A stretch of DNA of 64,000 nucleotides from Gemmatimonadota bacterium (GCA_038128265.1 JAYPJE010000005.1:1-64000); one strand, 5' to 3'; positions 28,593 to 38,771 are shown, counted from the first letter of the stretch. Numbers and translations are program-made. The notes: generated from the sequence alone by a model not told the origin.

Positions 28593-29852
28593 ATGCCCAT
28601 GTCGTTCGCATTATGCACCTCTGCTCTGCTGCTGGGCGGTCTGTTGGCTACCGCCAGTGCCCAAGTAGACGCCCCGCGCATGCAGCGCGATCTGCGCGTG
28701 GCGGAAGGCATTCTCCGTGCCCTGATCGACTCCCACAGCCCAGCATCACCCGCCCGCCCGCGCGTACGCGGGGTGCACATAGAAGACTACGGAGTCGTTT
28801 TCCTAGCCGAAGGCTCCCTGTCCGACAGACGCGTAGTGGAGCACGTGAAGCGCAAATGGATAGACGATGAGGGTAGGCAGCACGTCGTAGAAACCCAGCG
28901 CGGCACATCGAATGGCCAGGCAGGCGCGGTCGCACCCGTGCGCGCGGCGCTAAGCGAGTTTCTCAGCGACTATGCCAGTGCGATCGACGGATTGGACGAC
29001 GACGAGCGCATTGCCGTCTTGTATCGCCCTATGGGCGCACATCCGTCCGGCGGCGAAGGAGCACACATCGACGTCGGCGTGCACGTGGGCCCGCCAGGCA
29101 CCGAAGCGGGAGAGATAGAAACGGAATTGACTATCGTGAAAATCGATTCCGACAGCAGCGATCCTCCACGCATCGATACGCTGGACGCCCGCCTTCCACC
29201 GGGGGCGATTAAGCGCCAGATTCGCGTCGTCATCGATACGCTGACAGCCAACGGCACCGCGGGCAGCGGCGAACTACAGGCGCTAGGCGCGTTACCCGAT
29301 GGGGCAGAACGCCCCAGCCCGATTGCTGCAAGCGCGCGAAGGGCCGACATCGACGCACTTCGCCGCGGCAAAATAGACAGCGCCGCATTTGCCAAACGCA
29401 TTCAATTTGACCAACCTGAGAGCTCAATCAATAAAAAGATCCGCATTATGGCTGGCATCATCGCGACGTCTTTGCACAGCCCAGGGCGCAGTACGCGCCC
29501 AAATACAGCGGCTTTAGGCGCGTACCAACCCGGCCTCGGTGCGGTCTTTTCATTGGATATGCGTCCGCACCCGCGTCGTCACTCAGCCCCCGGACATGGC
29601 CCTCGCCACAGAACCGATGACGCGTTAGCGCAGTGGAAGCAACTACTCGTCGAATCTGTGGGCGCATACGGAGCAACGCTGCGCGGCGTCGCACCCACAG
29701 AGAGCGTCTTTGTCGACGTGCGCTTACCGCCAGAAGCCAGCATCTCTAACCATCTGCTCATGCAAGTCAAAAAGTCGACCATTGATGCCTATACCCGGGG
29801 CGCGATTGACCGCGCAGCACTCGCCAAGCAAGCAACCTGGCGCCTCTATTAG
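28593..29852 (+). CDS. Exported hypothetical protein with an internally duplicated domain
   Basis: Signal peptide ending ASA-Q; two similar halves (see findings). Confidence 0.75.
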   Translation: MPMSFALCTSALLLGGLLATASAQVDAPRMQRDLRVAEGILRALIDSHSPASPARPRVRGVHIEDYGVVFLAEGSLSDRRVVEHVKRKWIDDEGRQHVVETQRGTSNGQAGAVAPVRAALSEFLSDYASAIDGLDDDERIAVLYRPMGAHPSGGEGAHIDVGVHVGPPGTEAGEIETELTIVKIDSDSSDPPRIDTLDARLPPGAIKRQIRVVIDTLTANGTAGSGELQALGALPDGAERPSPIAASARRADIDALRRGKIDSAAFAKRIQFDQPESSINKKIRIMAGIIATSLHSPGRSTRPNTAALGAYQPGLGAVFSLDMRPHPRRHSAPGHGPRHRTDDALAQWKQLLVESVGAYGATLRGVAPTESVFVDVRLPPEASISNHLLMQVKKSTIDAYTRGAIDRAALAKQATWRLY

Positions 29853-29916
29853 CACGTTCGAATACCAAACGCGGTCTCCATGCGATAGTGCATGAGCACG
29901 CCCAGCGGCACATAAC

Positions 29917-32385
29917 TCAGCGCATTTCGCTAGACCAATCGATTGCCGTATCCACTGTTATGCTGCGCCCATCGCTGCTCAAAATCACCGCACCGCTGCG
30001 ATCCGTCCGCAAAACGGACGCACCATTTTCCTGCAGCGCGGTTACGACAGCGCTTGACGGGTGGCCAAAGCGGTTGAATTCGCCCACCGAAATAACCGCC
30101 CAGTCCGGTCTTACAGCGCGGAGAAAGCGGGCACTGGAAGACGTGCTAGAGCCATGATGGGCCACTTTGAGCACCTCGGCCTGCAGGCGTGCACCCCACG
30201 CTAGCAGGGCCGTATCGGTCTCGCCTTCAATATCACCGGTAAACAGGATATCTACTTCGCCATAGCTCAGCTTTAACGCTACCGAACCGTTGTTCACCCC
30301 GCGCGTAGACTGGCCCAGCGAATCGACAAAAGCCGCTGTTGGGTGTAAGACGAGTCCTCCAACAGCACCCATACCCAACAGGCTATCGCCCGCCGCCACG
30401 CGATGGTAGGTGACGCCCTGTTCCCGAATCAGCGAACGCAGGCGCCGCGCCGTCCACGAGTCATACTGCTGACCGCTGTCGATATAGTGACGAACAGGTA
30501 TGTGCTCCAGCAGTGCAACGAGTCCGCCGATGTGGTCGCTGTGCGGATGGGTAGCGACCACGACGTCGACGCTACCCATATTGTGCGCGCGCAAAAAAGG
30601 CACCAGCACGCGCTCACCGTAGTCGTATTCCGCGCGGCGCTGGCCGCCGTCGACAACCAGCACCATGCCGTTGGGCAAGCGCACTACGGCGGCGTCCCCC
30701 TGGCCGACATCCAGAAAAAAGACCTGCAGGCGTCGGTCGGACAGCGCGCGTTCCCACACGGCGAGATTGAGCCATAGAAGCAAAAGAGCTACGGACCCCG
30801 TGCGCGCCACTCGATGCGCTCGAATATGGGGAACTAGCAGCAGCAGAATCGCAAAAACCAGCAGCGACACGGCATCGGGCCGCGGCACGCTCAGCGCCGC
30901 ACCGGGCCACTGTGCGCTACGCTCAACAAAGGCGACAAGCCCGCTTAGAAACCAGTAATTCGCTCCGTTAAACACGCTGCAAAGCAGCGGCCACGCTCCA
31001 TAACTCAGCACCGCTAGCATACCGAGCCCCAGCGCAGCGGCCAGCAGAGGCGCAACGACTAGGTTTGCCAGCAGTCCAATCGGCGCCCACTGCTGAAAAT
31101 GGAGCGCCAGTAGAGGCGTCGTACCTAGCTGGGCCGCCAGCGAAACGCACAGCGGCATCGCCATATAGCGGCGCCATCCACCGTGCTGATCTGCGCGGCA
31201 GCCCGGCACCATCTGCAACAACGGTTGATACAGGCCGACGATAGCCATGGTAGCGGCAAAGGACAGCTGAAAACTCAATCCCAACAGGCTGACCGGCCAC
31301 AGCACCAGAATAAACAGAGCGGCCCATCCCAACGAGTTGTATGCATCACCATCGCGCTCGACCACGGCACCGCCCAAGGCGATACAGCCTATAACTGCCG
31401 CGCGCACAACAGGTGGATGCAGCTGCGTCACCAACGAGTAGATAATCAGTGCTGCCATGGTCGACAAATGGCGCACCGAAATCGGCAGAGATAGCAGGTG
31501 CAGTGCGTGCAGCACAAAGGCAGCAACAATGCCAACGTGCATGCCGCTTACAACTAGCGCATGCGATAGACCCGCTGCGCGAAAGTGCTCTTTTATATCG
31601 GTGGGTATCTGCGTTTTATCGCCCAGCAGCAATCCTAACAATAGGCCGGCCTGGGCGCCCTGCAGATTTTGCTCAATGGCACTGCGCACGTGCAGCCTGA
31701 GCGCCAGCACCGCTCGCTCCCCCAAACGCCATGGCCGCCGCACCGGCAGGCTGCGCAGCGCAGCGGAAGAGCGCAGCGAAATCGTCGCGTCTAGGCCGCG
31801 CTCGGCCAAGTAGGATCGATAGTCAAACGCACCGGGGTTGCGGGCTCGAGTGGGGCGACGCAAAAAACCGCGCACCTCGGCTCCCTGTGCGCAGTCGATA
31901 TCGACCCACCCGCTGCGCACCGTTACCAATACGCGACCGACGGCTCGATACAGCGCACGGTCGGTTTCGACTTCGCTCAGCATGAGGACAAAGCGCGTTC
32001 GACCGGCGAAACGCTCGACCTCGGCGTCTACATACCCGCGCAGAACGACCTCGTCAAAGAGGTGGGGATGGCGAACGATGTGGTGTGCAGGTAACAGCTC
32101 TGTAGCACCCCAGTAACGCAGCGCTCCAGCAGCAGCAAAAGCGATTAGCAAGGCCGCATCGACCCACCGGCACGGGCCGCCGACGGTGCGTGCCATCAGC
32201 AATGCGAGCAGCACAGCGGCTGTCACACAGCTCGAAACGATAACCAGCTGCTGTGCGAGCGACTCGGCCCGCAGCCCACCGTGCGCACTCGCGATGCCAG
32301 CGGCAAAGGCCACCGCAATCCACAGGCCAGGCCGACGGCGCATGACTGCACTCGTTCCCATAGCGCCGTGCGCGGCAAATACCAT
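29917..32385 (-). CDS. comEC: DNA internalization competence protein ComEC/Rec2
   Basis: RNPGAFDYRSYL, GLSHALVVSGMHV, SFQLSF; MBL domain DVGQGDA, THPHSDHIGG, KVAHHGS, NRFGHP, RTDRSGA. Exact start uncertain. Confidence 0.95.
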   Translation of the reverse strand: MVFAAHGAMGTSAVMRRRPGLWIAVAFAAGIASAHGGLRAESLAQQLVIVSSCVTAAVLLALLMARTVGGPCRWVDAALLIAFAAAGALRYWGATELLPAHHIVRHPHLFDEVVLRGYVDAEVERFAGRTRFVLMLSEVETDRALYRAVGRVLVTVRSGWVDIDCAQGAEVRGFLRRPTRARNPGAFDYRSYLAERGLDATISLRSSAALRSLPVRRPWRLGERAVLALRLHVRSAIEQNLQGAQAGLLLGLLLGDKTQIPTDIKEHFRAAGLSHALVVSGMHVGIVAAFVLHALHLLSLPISVRHLSTMAALIIYSLVTQLHPPVVRAAVIGCIALGGAVVERDGDAYNSLGWAALFILVLWPVSLLGLSFQLSFAATMAIVGLYQPLLQMVPGCRADQHGGWRRYMAMPLCVSLAAQLGTTPLLALHFQQWAPIGLLANLVVAPLLAAALGLGMLAVLSYGAWPLLCSVFNGANYWFLSGLVAFVERSAQWPGAALSVPRPDAVSLLVFAILLLLVPHIRAHRVARTGSVALLLLWLNLAVWERALSDRRLQVFFLDVGQGDAAVVRLPNGMVLVVDGGQRRAEYDYGERVLVPFLRAHNMGSVDVVVATHPHSDHIGGLVALLEHIPVRHYIDSGQQYDSWTARRLRSLIREQGVTYHRVAAGDSLLGMGAVGGLVLHPTAAFVDSLGQSTRGVNNGSVALKLSYGEVDILFTGDIEGETDTALLAWGARLQAEVLKVAHHGSSTSSSARFLRAVRPDWAVISVGEFNRFGHPSSAVVTALQENGASVLRTDRSGAVILSSDGRSITVDTAIDWSSEMR

Positions 32386-32426
32386 ACCATCTCGACAGTC
32401 CCATGCGCGCGGCGTATATTTTTACT

Positions 32427-32825
32427 ATGCTTTTCAAATTGTTTTTGCTCTTTACGCTGGTGCCCATTGCCGAGCTGGCTTTGCTCATTGAGGTCGGAAG
32501 CCATATCGGCTCCCTCTACACCATTGCCCTCGTGCTCATAACGGGCGCAGCTGGTGCAACGCTAGCGCGCACCCAGGGCCTGCTCGTCTTTTCGCGCTTG
32601 CGCCATAGCATCGGCGGCGGTCAGTCTCCGGGCGATGCCCTGCTCGACGGTGCGCTCGTCCTTTCCGGTGGCCTGCTGTTGCTGACTCCAGGCATCATGA
32701 CCGACGCCGTCGGTTTCTGCGTTCTACTGCCTCTGACCCGGCGGCCCATTCGCAACGCACTGCGCGAGGCCATCGCACGACGCATACGTCGGGGGTCCGT
32801 TCACACTCATTTCACGGTATCGTAA
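32427..32825 (+). CDS. fxsA: FxsA family membrane protein
   Basis: FTLVPIAELALLIEVG, GLLLLTPGIMTDAVG. Confidence 0.92.
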   Translation: MLFKLFLLFTLVPIAELALLIEVGSHIGSLYTIALVLITGAAGATLARTQGLLVFSRLRHSIGGGQSPGDALLDGALVLSGGLLLLTPGIMTDAVGFCVLLPLTRRPIRNALREAIARRIRRGSVHTHFTVS

Positions 32826-32829
32826 CGAT

Positions 32830-33129
32830 ATGGAAGAACTAAGCGGGAAACAGCGCCGCTATCTGCGGGGACAGGGAAACGTCATTAAGCCGACGGTCTA
32901 TTTGGGCAAAGATGGAATTAGCGACGCTCTGCTGCACTCACTGGGCGAGGCGTTTAACAACCGCGAGCTTATAAAGATTCGCATAGAAAAGAGCTGTGAA
33001 CTGGAGCGTAAAGAGGCTGGCCAACAGCTGGCGCAGGCCTGTGCCGCCCACTTGGTGCAGGTGCTCGGCCACACCTTGCTGCTTTATAGACCCGATGCGG
33101 ACGAGCCCAAGATCAAGCTGCCGGCTTAG
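32830..33129 (+). CDS. yhbY: YhbY/CRM RNA-binding ribosome assembly protein
   Basis: LSGKQRRYLR, VYLGKDG, ELIKIR, VQVLGHTLLLYRP. Confidence 0.93.
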   Translation: MEELSGKQRRYLRGQGNVIKPTVYLGKDGISDALLHSLGEAFNNRELIKIRIEKSCELERKEAGQQLAQACAAHLVQVLGHTLLLYRPDADEPKIKLPA

Positions 33130-33132
33130 CTT

Positions 33133-34089
33133 TTAGAAGGGACTGGCTTGCGCCCTGCTCTTCCACTCTTTGGCAAACATGCCGAGCGAACCCGGCGCAT
33201 AGCCGGCGTAGTGGTTGTTGAAAAGGGCGTAGACTTCGCGCTGTGGCTGGGCGCCGACCATGTGCTGTAAGTGCTCCACCCAACTGGCCAACTCGGCGCT
33301 GCGCTCCCATACGAGCCCGTCCCAGTGGCGCTCCTTCTCGCCGCGTGCAATCATTCCCTCGACATACTCGTCCATCTTCTTGCGGTCGCCCAGAAAGCGC
33401 ACATAGATGAAATCAGCCGTCTGTGGGTCGACGCGCTCGCGCATCTGGCCCAACTGCGGCATGGTGTAGTAGTTATTGAGGACGAGTGCCGCGTTGTTGG
33501 CGCGCAAAATGCCCAGCAGCTCATCGCCCACCCAGCGCGCGTTGCGCACTTCTATGGCAAACTGAAACTCGCGCGTTGGCAGCTGCGGAAGAAATTGTTC
33601 AAGACGGGCCATAAAGTCGGCGCCGTGTGCATTTTCCTGCGCATCCTGACCGCGCGCGACGTAAGGGAACTGCATGACTAGCGGCCCGAGCCGCGCCCCC
33701 AGCGGCTCCATGGCCGCCAGAAACGCTTCCATCTCGGCCAGGCAATCGACCATGACCTTCTCGTGCGATATTACGCGCGGAATTTTAGCGGCAAAACGTA
33801 ATGTATCGCTCGTGCTCCGCAGCCAACCCTCTACGGCATGGGCTGTGGGAATGCGGTACCAGGTGGAGTCGATCTCCACGCAACCAAAGACGTTCGCGTA
33901 GTGCTCGATATAGTCGGCAGGGGCGCAATCTTCCGGGTAGATTAGCCCCTGCCAGTCTCCGTTGCTCCAGCTGGTCGTTCCTAGGTGTAGTGCAGTGGGA
34001 AGACCTTCTTGAACGCGCAGCAGACGCTCCACGTGACGCGGCTTCGGCGGCGGTAGGATTTCGGCAAAGAGGTCCTGTTGCTCAGCCAT
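33133..34089 (-). CDS. DUF72 (YecE/YunF) family protein
   Basis: LGTTSWS, VEIDSTWYRIP, KIPRVISH, YVRFLG, FNNHYAG. Confidence 0.9.
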   Translation of the reverse strand: MAEQQDLFAEILPPPKPRHVERLLRVQEGLPTALHLGTTSWSNGDWQGLIYPEDCAPADYIEHYANVFGCVEIDSTWYRIPTAHAVEGWLRSTSDTLRFAAKIPRVISHEKVMVDCLAEMEAFLAAMEPLGARLGPLVMQFPYVARGQDAQENAHGADFMARLEQFLPQLPTREFQFAIEVRNARWVGDELLGILRANNAALVLNNYYTMPQLGQMRERVDPQTADFIYVRFLGDRKKMDEYVEGMIARGEKERHWDGLVWERSAELASWVEHLQHMVGAQPQREVYALFNNHYAGYAPGSLGMFAKEWKSRAQASPF

Positions 34090-34113
34090 CGCCCCATCTC
34101 GTTCAATGCACGC

Positions 34114-35688
34114 TTAGGACAGACGCGCTCGCACCATTTCGCGCACGTTGTCAATGCCCACCATGCGCGCAAAAGAGCCAAAGCGCGGACCGCGCTCCTG
34201 TCCCAATACAACCTCGTAAAACAGGCGAAACAGATCCTTCGGCTCCATGTCGGCAGCGCGGGCGATATCAAAGGGAATGCCCTGAAGCTCGTTCTCATCG
34301 AGCCCGTCGGCGCCCTCCAAGCGGTCTGATATCTGTAGCAGCAGCGCGCGCTCATCGGCGCCAGCCTGGCGAAACTTCTTGTTGGGCAGCACAAAGTCGC
34401 GGTAGTAGTTCAGCCCCTTTTCAACCAGAGATTTGGCCACGTCTTGATAGGCATTGGCCTTGTCGTCGTAGCGCTCCAGATAGTCGACCAACAGCTCAGC
34501 CGAGTCGGCTCCCAGCGCAGAGATTAGGTTGTTGACCATCGAAAAGTTGACCTGCGCTCCGTACTCGGGAACGGACGAACCGCGACGTCCGATGTGCCAT
34601 ACATCCTGTTCGGGCCGCTTTTCCTCGGGCACTTCCGGATAGCGGCGCAGGGCATCGAGGTAGTCGTCGACGCACTTGGGCACCACGTCCCAGTAGAGGC
34701 GCCGCGCGCGTTGCGGGTTTTGGTAGATGTAGTAGAGCAGCGACTCGATCGGCGCGTACTGCACCCACGTATCTACCGTTAACCCCTTGCCAACGCTCTT
34801 GCTGATCTTCTTGCCCTCTTCGTCGAGAAAAAGTTCGTAGGTCAACCCCACGGGCGGCTGCTTGCCCATCAGGCGAACGATGCGCCCAGACAGCTTGGCC
34901 GATTCAATCAAGTCCTTGCCGTACATTTCGTAGTCGACTTCGTAGGTGAACCAGCGCAGCGCCCAGTCCACTTTCCACCCCACTTTCACCTGCCCACCCA
35001 GCACGGAGACTTCGCCTGAAGCGCCGCACCCGCGCACGTCGCCCACCGCGCCGTCGCAGGCAAAGCCAACGGATGTGCGCTCTGGGAAATACCCGGTCAC
35101 GCGCGTGTTGTAAACGGATCCGCACTCCGGGCACAGGGGAAAAAATGGCGACCACTGCGCGCGCTTGTCTTCGCCCAACGTTGGCACGATGAGAGCGCGC
35201 ACCTCCTCCACCTTGTCTAGCAAAATGCTCAAGCCCTCGTCGAAATCGCCGCGCGTATAGGCTTGGGCAGAAGACTGAAATTCGTAGTTAAAGCGATAGG
35301 TATCGAGAAACTTCTTTAGCTTGTCGTTCATGTAGCCGCTAAAGCTATCCTGCTGGCCAAAGGGATCCGGAATGGCGTGCAGCGGCTTGCCCAAGTGCTG
35401 GGCCAGCATCTCCGGCTGCGGCAGATTGAGCGGCACTTTGCGCAAACCATCCATATCGTCGCTAAAAGCGACTAAGCGCGTCTCCAGACCGCTTATCTCC
35501 TCGAGCGCATTGCGCACCCACGTCGTGCGCGCCACTTCGGCAAACGTGCCAATATGCGGCAAGCCGCTCGGTCCAAAGCCGGTTTCGAAGAGCACGGGAC
35601 GACTGCCGTCAGGACGGCGCTGCTTGAGGATTTGCCCTGCTTCTCGGAAGGGCCATGCCTTGTAGCTGCCTTCGCTTTTCGTAGACAT
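34114..35688 (-). CDS. lysS: Lysine--tRNA ligase, class I
   Basis: ETGFGPSGLPHIGT (HIGH-like), WKVDWALRW, YEMYGKDL, KISKSVG (KMSKS-like), GPRFGSF. Confidence 0.95.
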   Translation of the reverse strand: MSTKSEGSYKAWPFREAGQILKQRRPDGSRPVLFETGFGPSGLPHIGTFAEVARTTWVRNALEEISGLETRLVAFSDDMDGLRKVPLNLPQPEMLAQHLGKPLHAIPDPFGQQDSFSGYMNDKLKKFLDTYRFNYEFQSSAQAYTRGDFDEGLSILLDKVEEVRALIVPTLGEDKRAQWSPFFPLCPECGSVYNTRVTGYFPERTSVGFACDGAVGDVRGCGASGEVSVLGGQVKVGWKVDWALRWFTYEVDYEMYGKDLIESAKLSGRIVRLMGKQPPVGLTYELFLDEEGKKISKSVGKGLTVDTWVQYAPIESLLYYIYQNPQRARRLYWDVVPKCVDDYLDALRRYPEVPEEKRPEQDVWHIGRRGSSVPEYGAQVNFSMVNNLISALGADSAELLVDYLERYDDKANAYQDVAKSLVEKGLNYYRDFVLPNKKFRQAGADERALLLQISDRLEGADGLDENELQGIPFDIARAADMEPKDLFRLFYEVVLGQERGPRFGSFARMVGIDNVREMVRARLS

Positions 35689-35702
35689 AGATTCCTCCTA
35701 AC

Positions 35703-35999
35703 TCACTCGTCTCCGCGATAGACGACGTGCTGCGGACGCGTCGCCAACACTTGTTCCTTGCCCCAGTTAACCACGCGCACAAACTCCGGCGATGCCACAA
35801 ACTGATTGAAGTCGTCTTCGCTCGCCCACTCCGACATAATGACGTAGCTGCGCTCGGCAAATACGTCGCGCAGTAGGCGCGATGCGCGATGTGCCTCCGC
35901 CCCTTCTAGCGCGCTTAACACACTGGCAAACGCTTTTTCAAACACCTGCTCTTTGCCCTCTAACACTTCGTAATACATGCCGATTGTAATCATGGCCAA
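35703..35999 (-). CDS. Antibiotic biosynthesis monooxygenase (ABM) family protein
   Basis: YEVLEGKEQVFEKAF...SYVIMSEWASEDDFNQFVASPEF. Confidence 0.85.
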   Translation of the reverse strand: MAMITIGMYYEVLEGKEQVFEKAFASVLSALEGAEAHRASRLLRDVFAERSYVIMSEWASEDDFNQFVASPEFVRVVNWGKEQVLATRPQHVVYRGDE

Positions 36000-36094
36000 C
36001 CTGCTTGGAGAATCTATTTACTTGCTTGATATGAGCGTGGGGACAGCGCAGCGGCCAGCATGGCCGCCGGACTTAAGGTGGGGACAAACGTGCT

Positions 36095-36115
36095 AAAAAA
36101 AGCGCCGAACGGCGC
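36095..36115 (-). terminator. Intrinsic terminator of infA
   Basis: Minus strand GCGCCGTTCGGCGC followed by a T-run immediately after the stop. Confidence 0.75.
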
Positions 36116-36118
36116 AGA

Positions 36119-36337
36119 CTAACGGTTGCGAAACGTGATGCGCCCCCGCGTCAAGTCGTAGGGAGAGAGCGCTACGGTAACCTGGTCTCCCGGCAGCACG
36201 CGTATGTAGTACTTACGCATTTTGCCAGAAATATGGGCCAGTATTTCGTGGCCGTTTTCCATTTCGCACTTGAAGTAGCCGTTAGGCAGCGCTTCCTTGA
36301 CCACTGCCTGAACCTCAATCGCTTCTTCTTTGGCCAT
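36119..36337 (-). CDS. infA: Translation initiation factor IF-1
   Basis: MAKEEAIEV...LPN...[17 protein letters not shown]...[13 protein letters not shown]. Confidence 0.98.
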   Translation of the reverse strand: MAKEEAIEVQAVVKEALPNGYFKCEMENGHEILAHISGKMRKYYIRVLPGDQVTVALSPYDLTRGRITFRNR

Positions 36338-36501
36338 TTCTTTGCCTTATACAAAAAGGGCGAGACGCCGCTGAGTGCACTCCCAGACAACTACTCGCCT
36401 GCCTGCGCTATGCGCGCGAAAAGTGAAACATCAGCGGCCCATTACCGCTCCCCAATGGATGCGTATGCCACGTATACCGCAGTGGCGTGGACAGTTGGCA
36501 T

Positions 36502-36530
36502 AGTGTACGTATTCGTCGAAAAAAAGTCAA
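36502..36530 (-). promoter_or_regulatory. sigma70 promoter of infA
   Basis: Minus strand TTGACT-N17-TACACT. Confidence 0.75.
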
Positions 36531-36552
36531 CGACAGCACGGCCCACGGTCGT

Positions 36553-37482
36553 TTATTCCACTAGGTATTTTACGTCGTATGTAGTGTGTTTGACTGCTTC
36601 TATAGACGACATATGCGGTGCCAGTTCTTGCACTCGTAAATAGGCTGCCTCGGCCTCGTCGAGGCGTCCCTGACGCTCGTAAACCAGCCCCAAATTATGC
36701 AGCGCGGGGATGTAATCTCGCTCTATTTCCACCGCTTTCTTAAAAGCGCGTTCGGCCGAGTTGAGATCGTCGGCTTCAAGGTGGGCAAGGCCCTTGGCAA
36801 AAAACATATTGCTGTTGCGATCCTCGTACAAAACAGCTCTTTCCAAGGCCCCTACGGCCAGCTCGGCCTGCTCGGCCTGCAGGCGCAACAGCCCCAGGCT
36901 GTAGTACGCGCGCGCTAGGCTAATCTTGGCTCCCGGGTAGTCTTCGCGCAGGCCCACCAGCACTTCGAGATATTCAATCGCCTTTTTGTAGTCTTCTACC
37001 TGGTGATAGGCGACGGCCATATTATAGAGCGCACCAAAGTGATCTGGATCCAAGCGAATCACTCGCTCTAAGTGCTCCAAGCCCTCGGCCTGATGCCCGC
37101 TGCGACACAATAGAGTGCCCAATCCGGCACGCGCTTCGACGAGCGTAGAATCCAGCGTCAGCGCCGTCTCATAGTTTGCTTTCGCCTCCTCAATATACCC
37201 CTGGCTGTGCAGCACGACGCCCAAGTTACAATAGGCTTCGGCAAAGGTAGAGTCTAGCTCTAGCGCGTGGTACAGCTCCTGTTTAGCATCGTATTTGCGG
37301 CCGTCTTCGATGTAGGCATTGGCCATCAGCAGACGCAGCTGTGGATTGTAGGGATCGCGAATAATGCGGCTGTTTAGGTAGCGAATTTTTTCTTTCGCCC
37401 ACACGTTGTAACCACCCTTTGCCTCGGCTGGCTGATTGGAGCAGCACAGCGCGGCAAGCAGTAGAATACACGCGTAGATCAT
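36553..37482 (-). CDS. Exported TPR protein
   Basis: Signal peptide; repeats such as AEAYCNLGVVLHSQGYIEEAKANYETALTLD; ATGA overlap with the upstream gene. Confidence 0.9.
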   Translation of the reverse strand: MIYACILLLAALCCSNQPAEAKGGYNVWAKEKIRYLNSRIIRDPYNPQLRLLMANAYIEDGRKYDAKQELYHALELDSTFAEAYCNLGVVLHSQGYIEEAKANYETALTLDSTLVEARAGLGTLLCRSGHQAEGLEHLERVIRLDPDHFGALYNMAVAYHQVEDYKKAIEYLEVLVGLREDYPGAKISLARAYYSLGLLRLQAEQAELAVGALERAVLYEDRNSNMFFAKGLAHLEADDLNSAERAFKKAVEIERDYIPALHNLGLVYERQGRLDEAEAAYLRVQELAPHMSSIEAVKHTTYDVKYLVE

Positions 37483-38771
37483 GGCTGGAATTTTTGAATG
37501 CGGTCGTTAAACGAGTCGGCTACGTAGATGTAGCCCTCTGCGTCGCGCGCGATGCCGCCGGCCACTACCGGGCGTATGCTCGTGCGGCCGCTGTTCATTT
37601 CCTCGACTACCTCCACCGATCCAGCAAAGCGAAATTCACCCGCGCCGTCGCCGGAGCGCCCCCAGCGCGTAGCGTATTTTTCGTCGCGGAAAACTTCTAT
37701 GCGATCCTGGCCGGCATTGACGACAAAAGCGCGGTTGCGCTCTTCGTCGACGGCAAAATCGGTCGGGCGGCGCAGCACGCCGGGACCGCGGTCCATATGC
37801 GACTTCTCGTCGCGGCCCAGCACCTGGCGGGCGGTCCTGCGATCAGCCGTGTCGTAGACGACCAAGCGCGGCGTCTGCCAATCGCTTTCCAGCAGCGACA
37901 CCGGCTCGATCAGGGCGGCAAAGCGCCCCTGCCACATGCGCAGACTGGAAACCAAGAGCGCCGGTATCAAATACTGCGTCTTGCGCTGACCGTCGCGGTC
38001 GAAAAGCTGTAGTTGGCTGATGCTTTCGATAAAGACATCCTCGCCGCTAACGACGATATGGCGGGCGAAGAGCCCCTCTAAGGGCCGCGTCCACAGCAGC
38101 CTTGCGTCGCGGTCATACTTGCTCCAATAAGCGCGCGGTCCCCCTTCTGCGCGCTGCAGATTGTAGGCCACGTACAGATTGTCGTCGGCGTCGAGGGCAA
38201 TGGATGGACCGTCCAGCGTGCTAGTTTCCATGCAGGCCAGCTTGCCCTCGGCATAAACGAGCGCCGCAAGGGGATTGCCCGCTCGGTCGTAGCGCAGCAC
38301 TCGACCGCTGCCGGCCCCCACTACATGCACCACGCCGCTGTGGCTGATGGCCAGACGCGTGGGCACGAACCCCATCTCTGTCTGCCACGTATTCGCGAAA
38401 GAGTGAAATGCTCCAGCAACCGTTGTAGAGGGCAGCTCGTGCACGGCATCACCCGCGCCAAAAAAGCTGACGACGCGGTAGCGATGCATCTCATTGGACT
38501 CGATGCGCTCGTCGACAAATGCCGTGTCGAGGCGGTCGTGCACCTCGGCGACGGAGCTGAAGGCACCATCGACTTGGCGCTGGACTTCATAGCGCAGAAA
38601 CCCCCGTTCGGCTGCTGGAGGCCAGTGCAAATAGACGGTGGCGACTTCGCCGTCAAAGTGCCCGGTGAGACTGGGAGGACCAGCTAACCAAGGGTCGGTC
38701 TTTTTCCCGGCAAAGGGACCTATGCAAGCGGCCAACACAAAGGATGACAGCAAAGGCAGTATTCTAAGCAT
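37479..38771 (-). CDS. Lipoprotein with FnIII-like and NHL/beta-propeller domains
   Basis: Lipobox LAAC; YRVVSF FnIII-like strand; NHL repeats RRPTDFAVD and GYIYVADSFNDRIQKF. Confidence 0.75.
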   Translation of the reverse strand: MLRILPLLSSFVLAACIGPFAGKKTDPWLAGPPSLTGHFDGEVATVYLHWPPAAERGFLRYEVQRQVDGAFSSVAEVHDRLDTAFVDERIESNEMHRYRVVSFFGAGDAVHELPSTTVAGAFHSFANTWQTEMGFVPTRLAISHSGVVHVVGAGSGRVLRYDRAGNPLAALVYAEGKLACMETSTLDGPSIALDADDNLYVAYNLQRAEGGPRAYWSKYDRDARLLWTRPLEGLFARHIVVSGEDVFIESISQLQLFDRDGQRKTQYLIPALLVSSLRMWQGRFAALIEPVSLLESDWQTPRLVVYDTADRRTARQVLGRDEKSHMDRGPGVLRRPTDFAVDEERNRAFVVNAGQDRIEVFRDEKYATRWGRSGDGAGEFRFAGSVEVVEEMNSGRTSIRPVVAGGIARDAEGYIYVADSFNDRIQKFQP

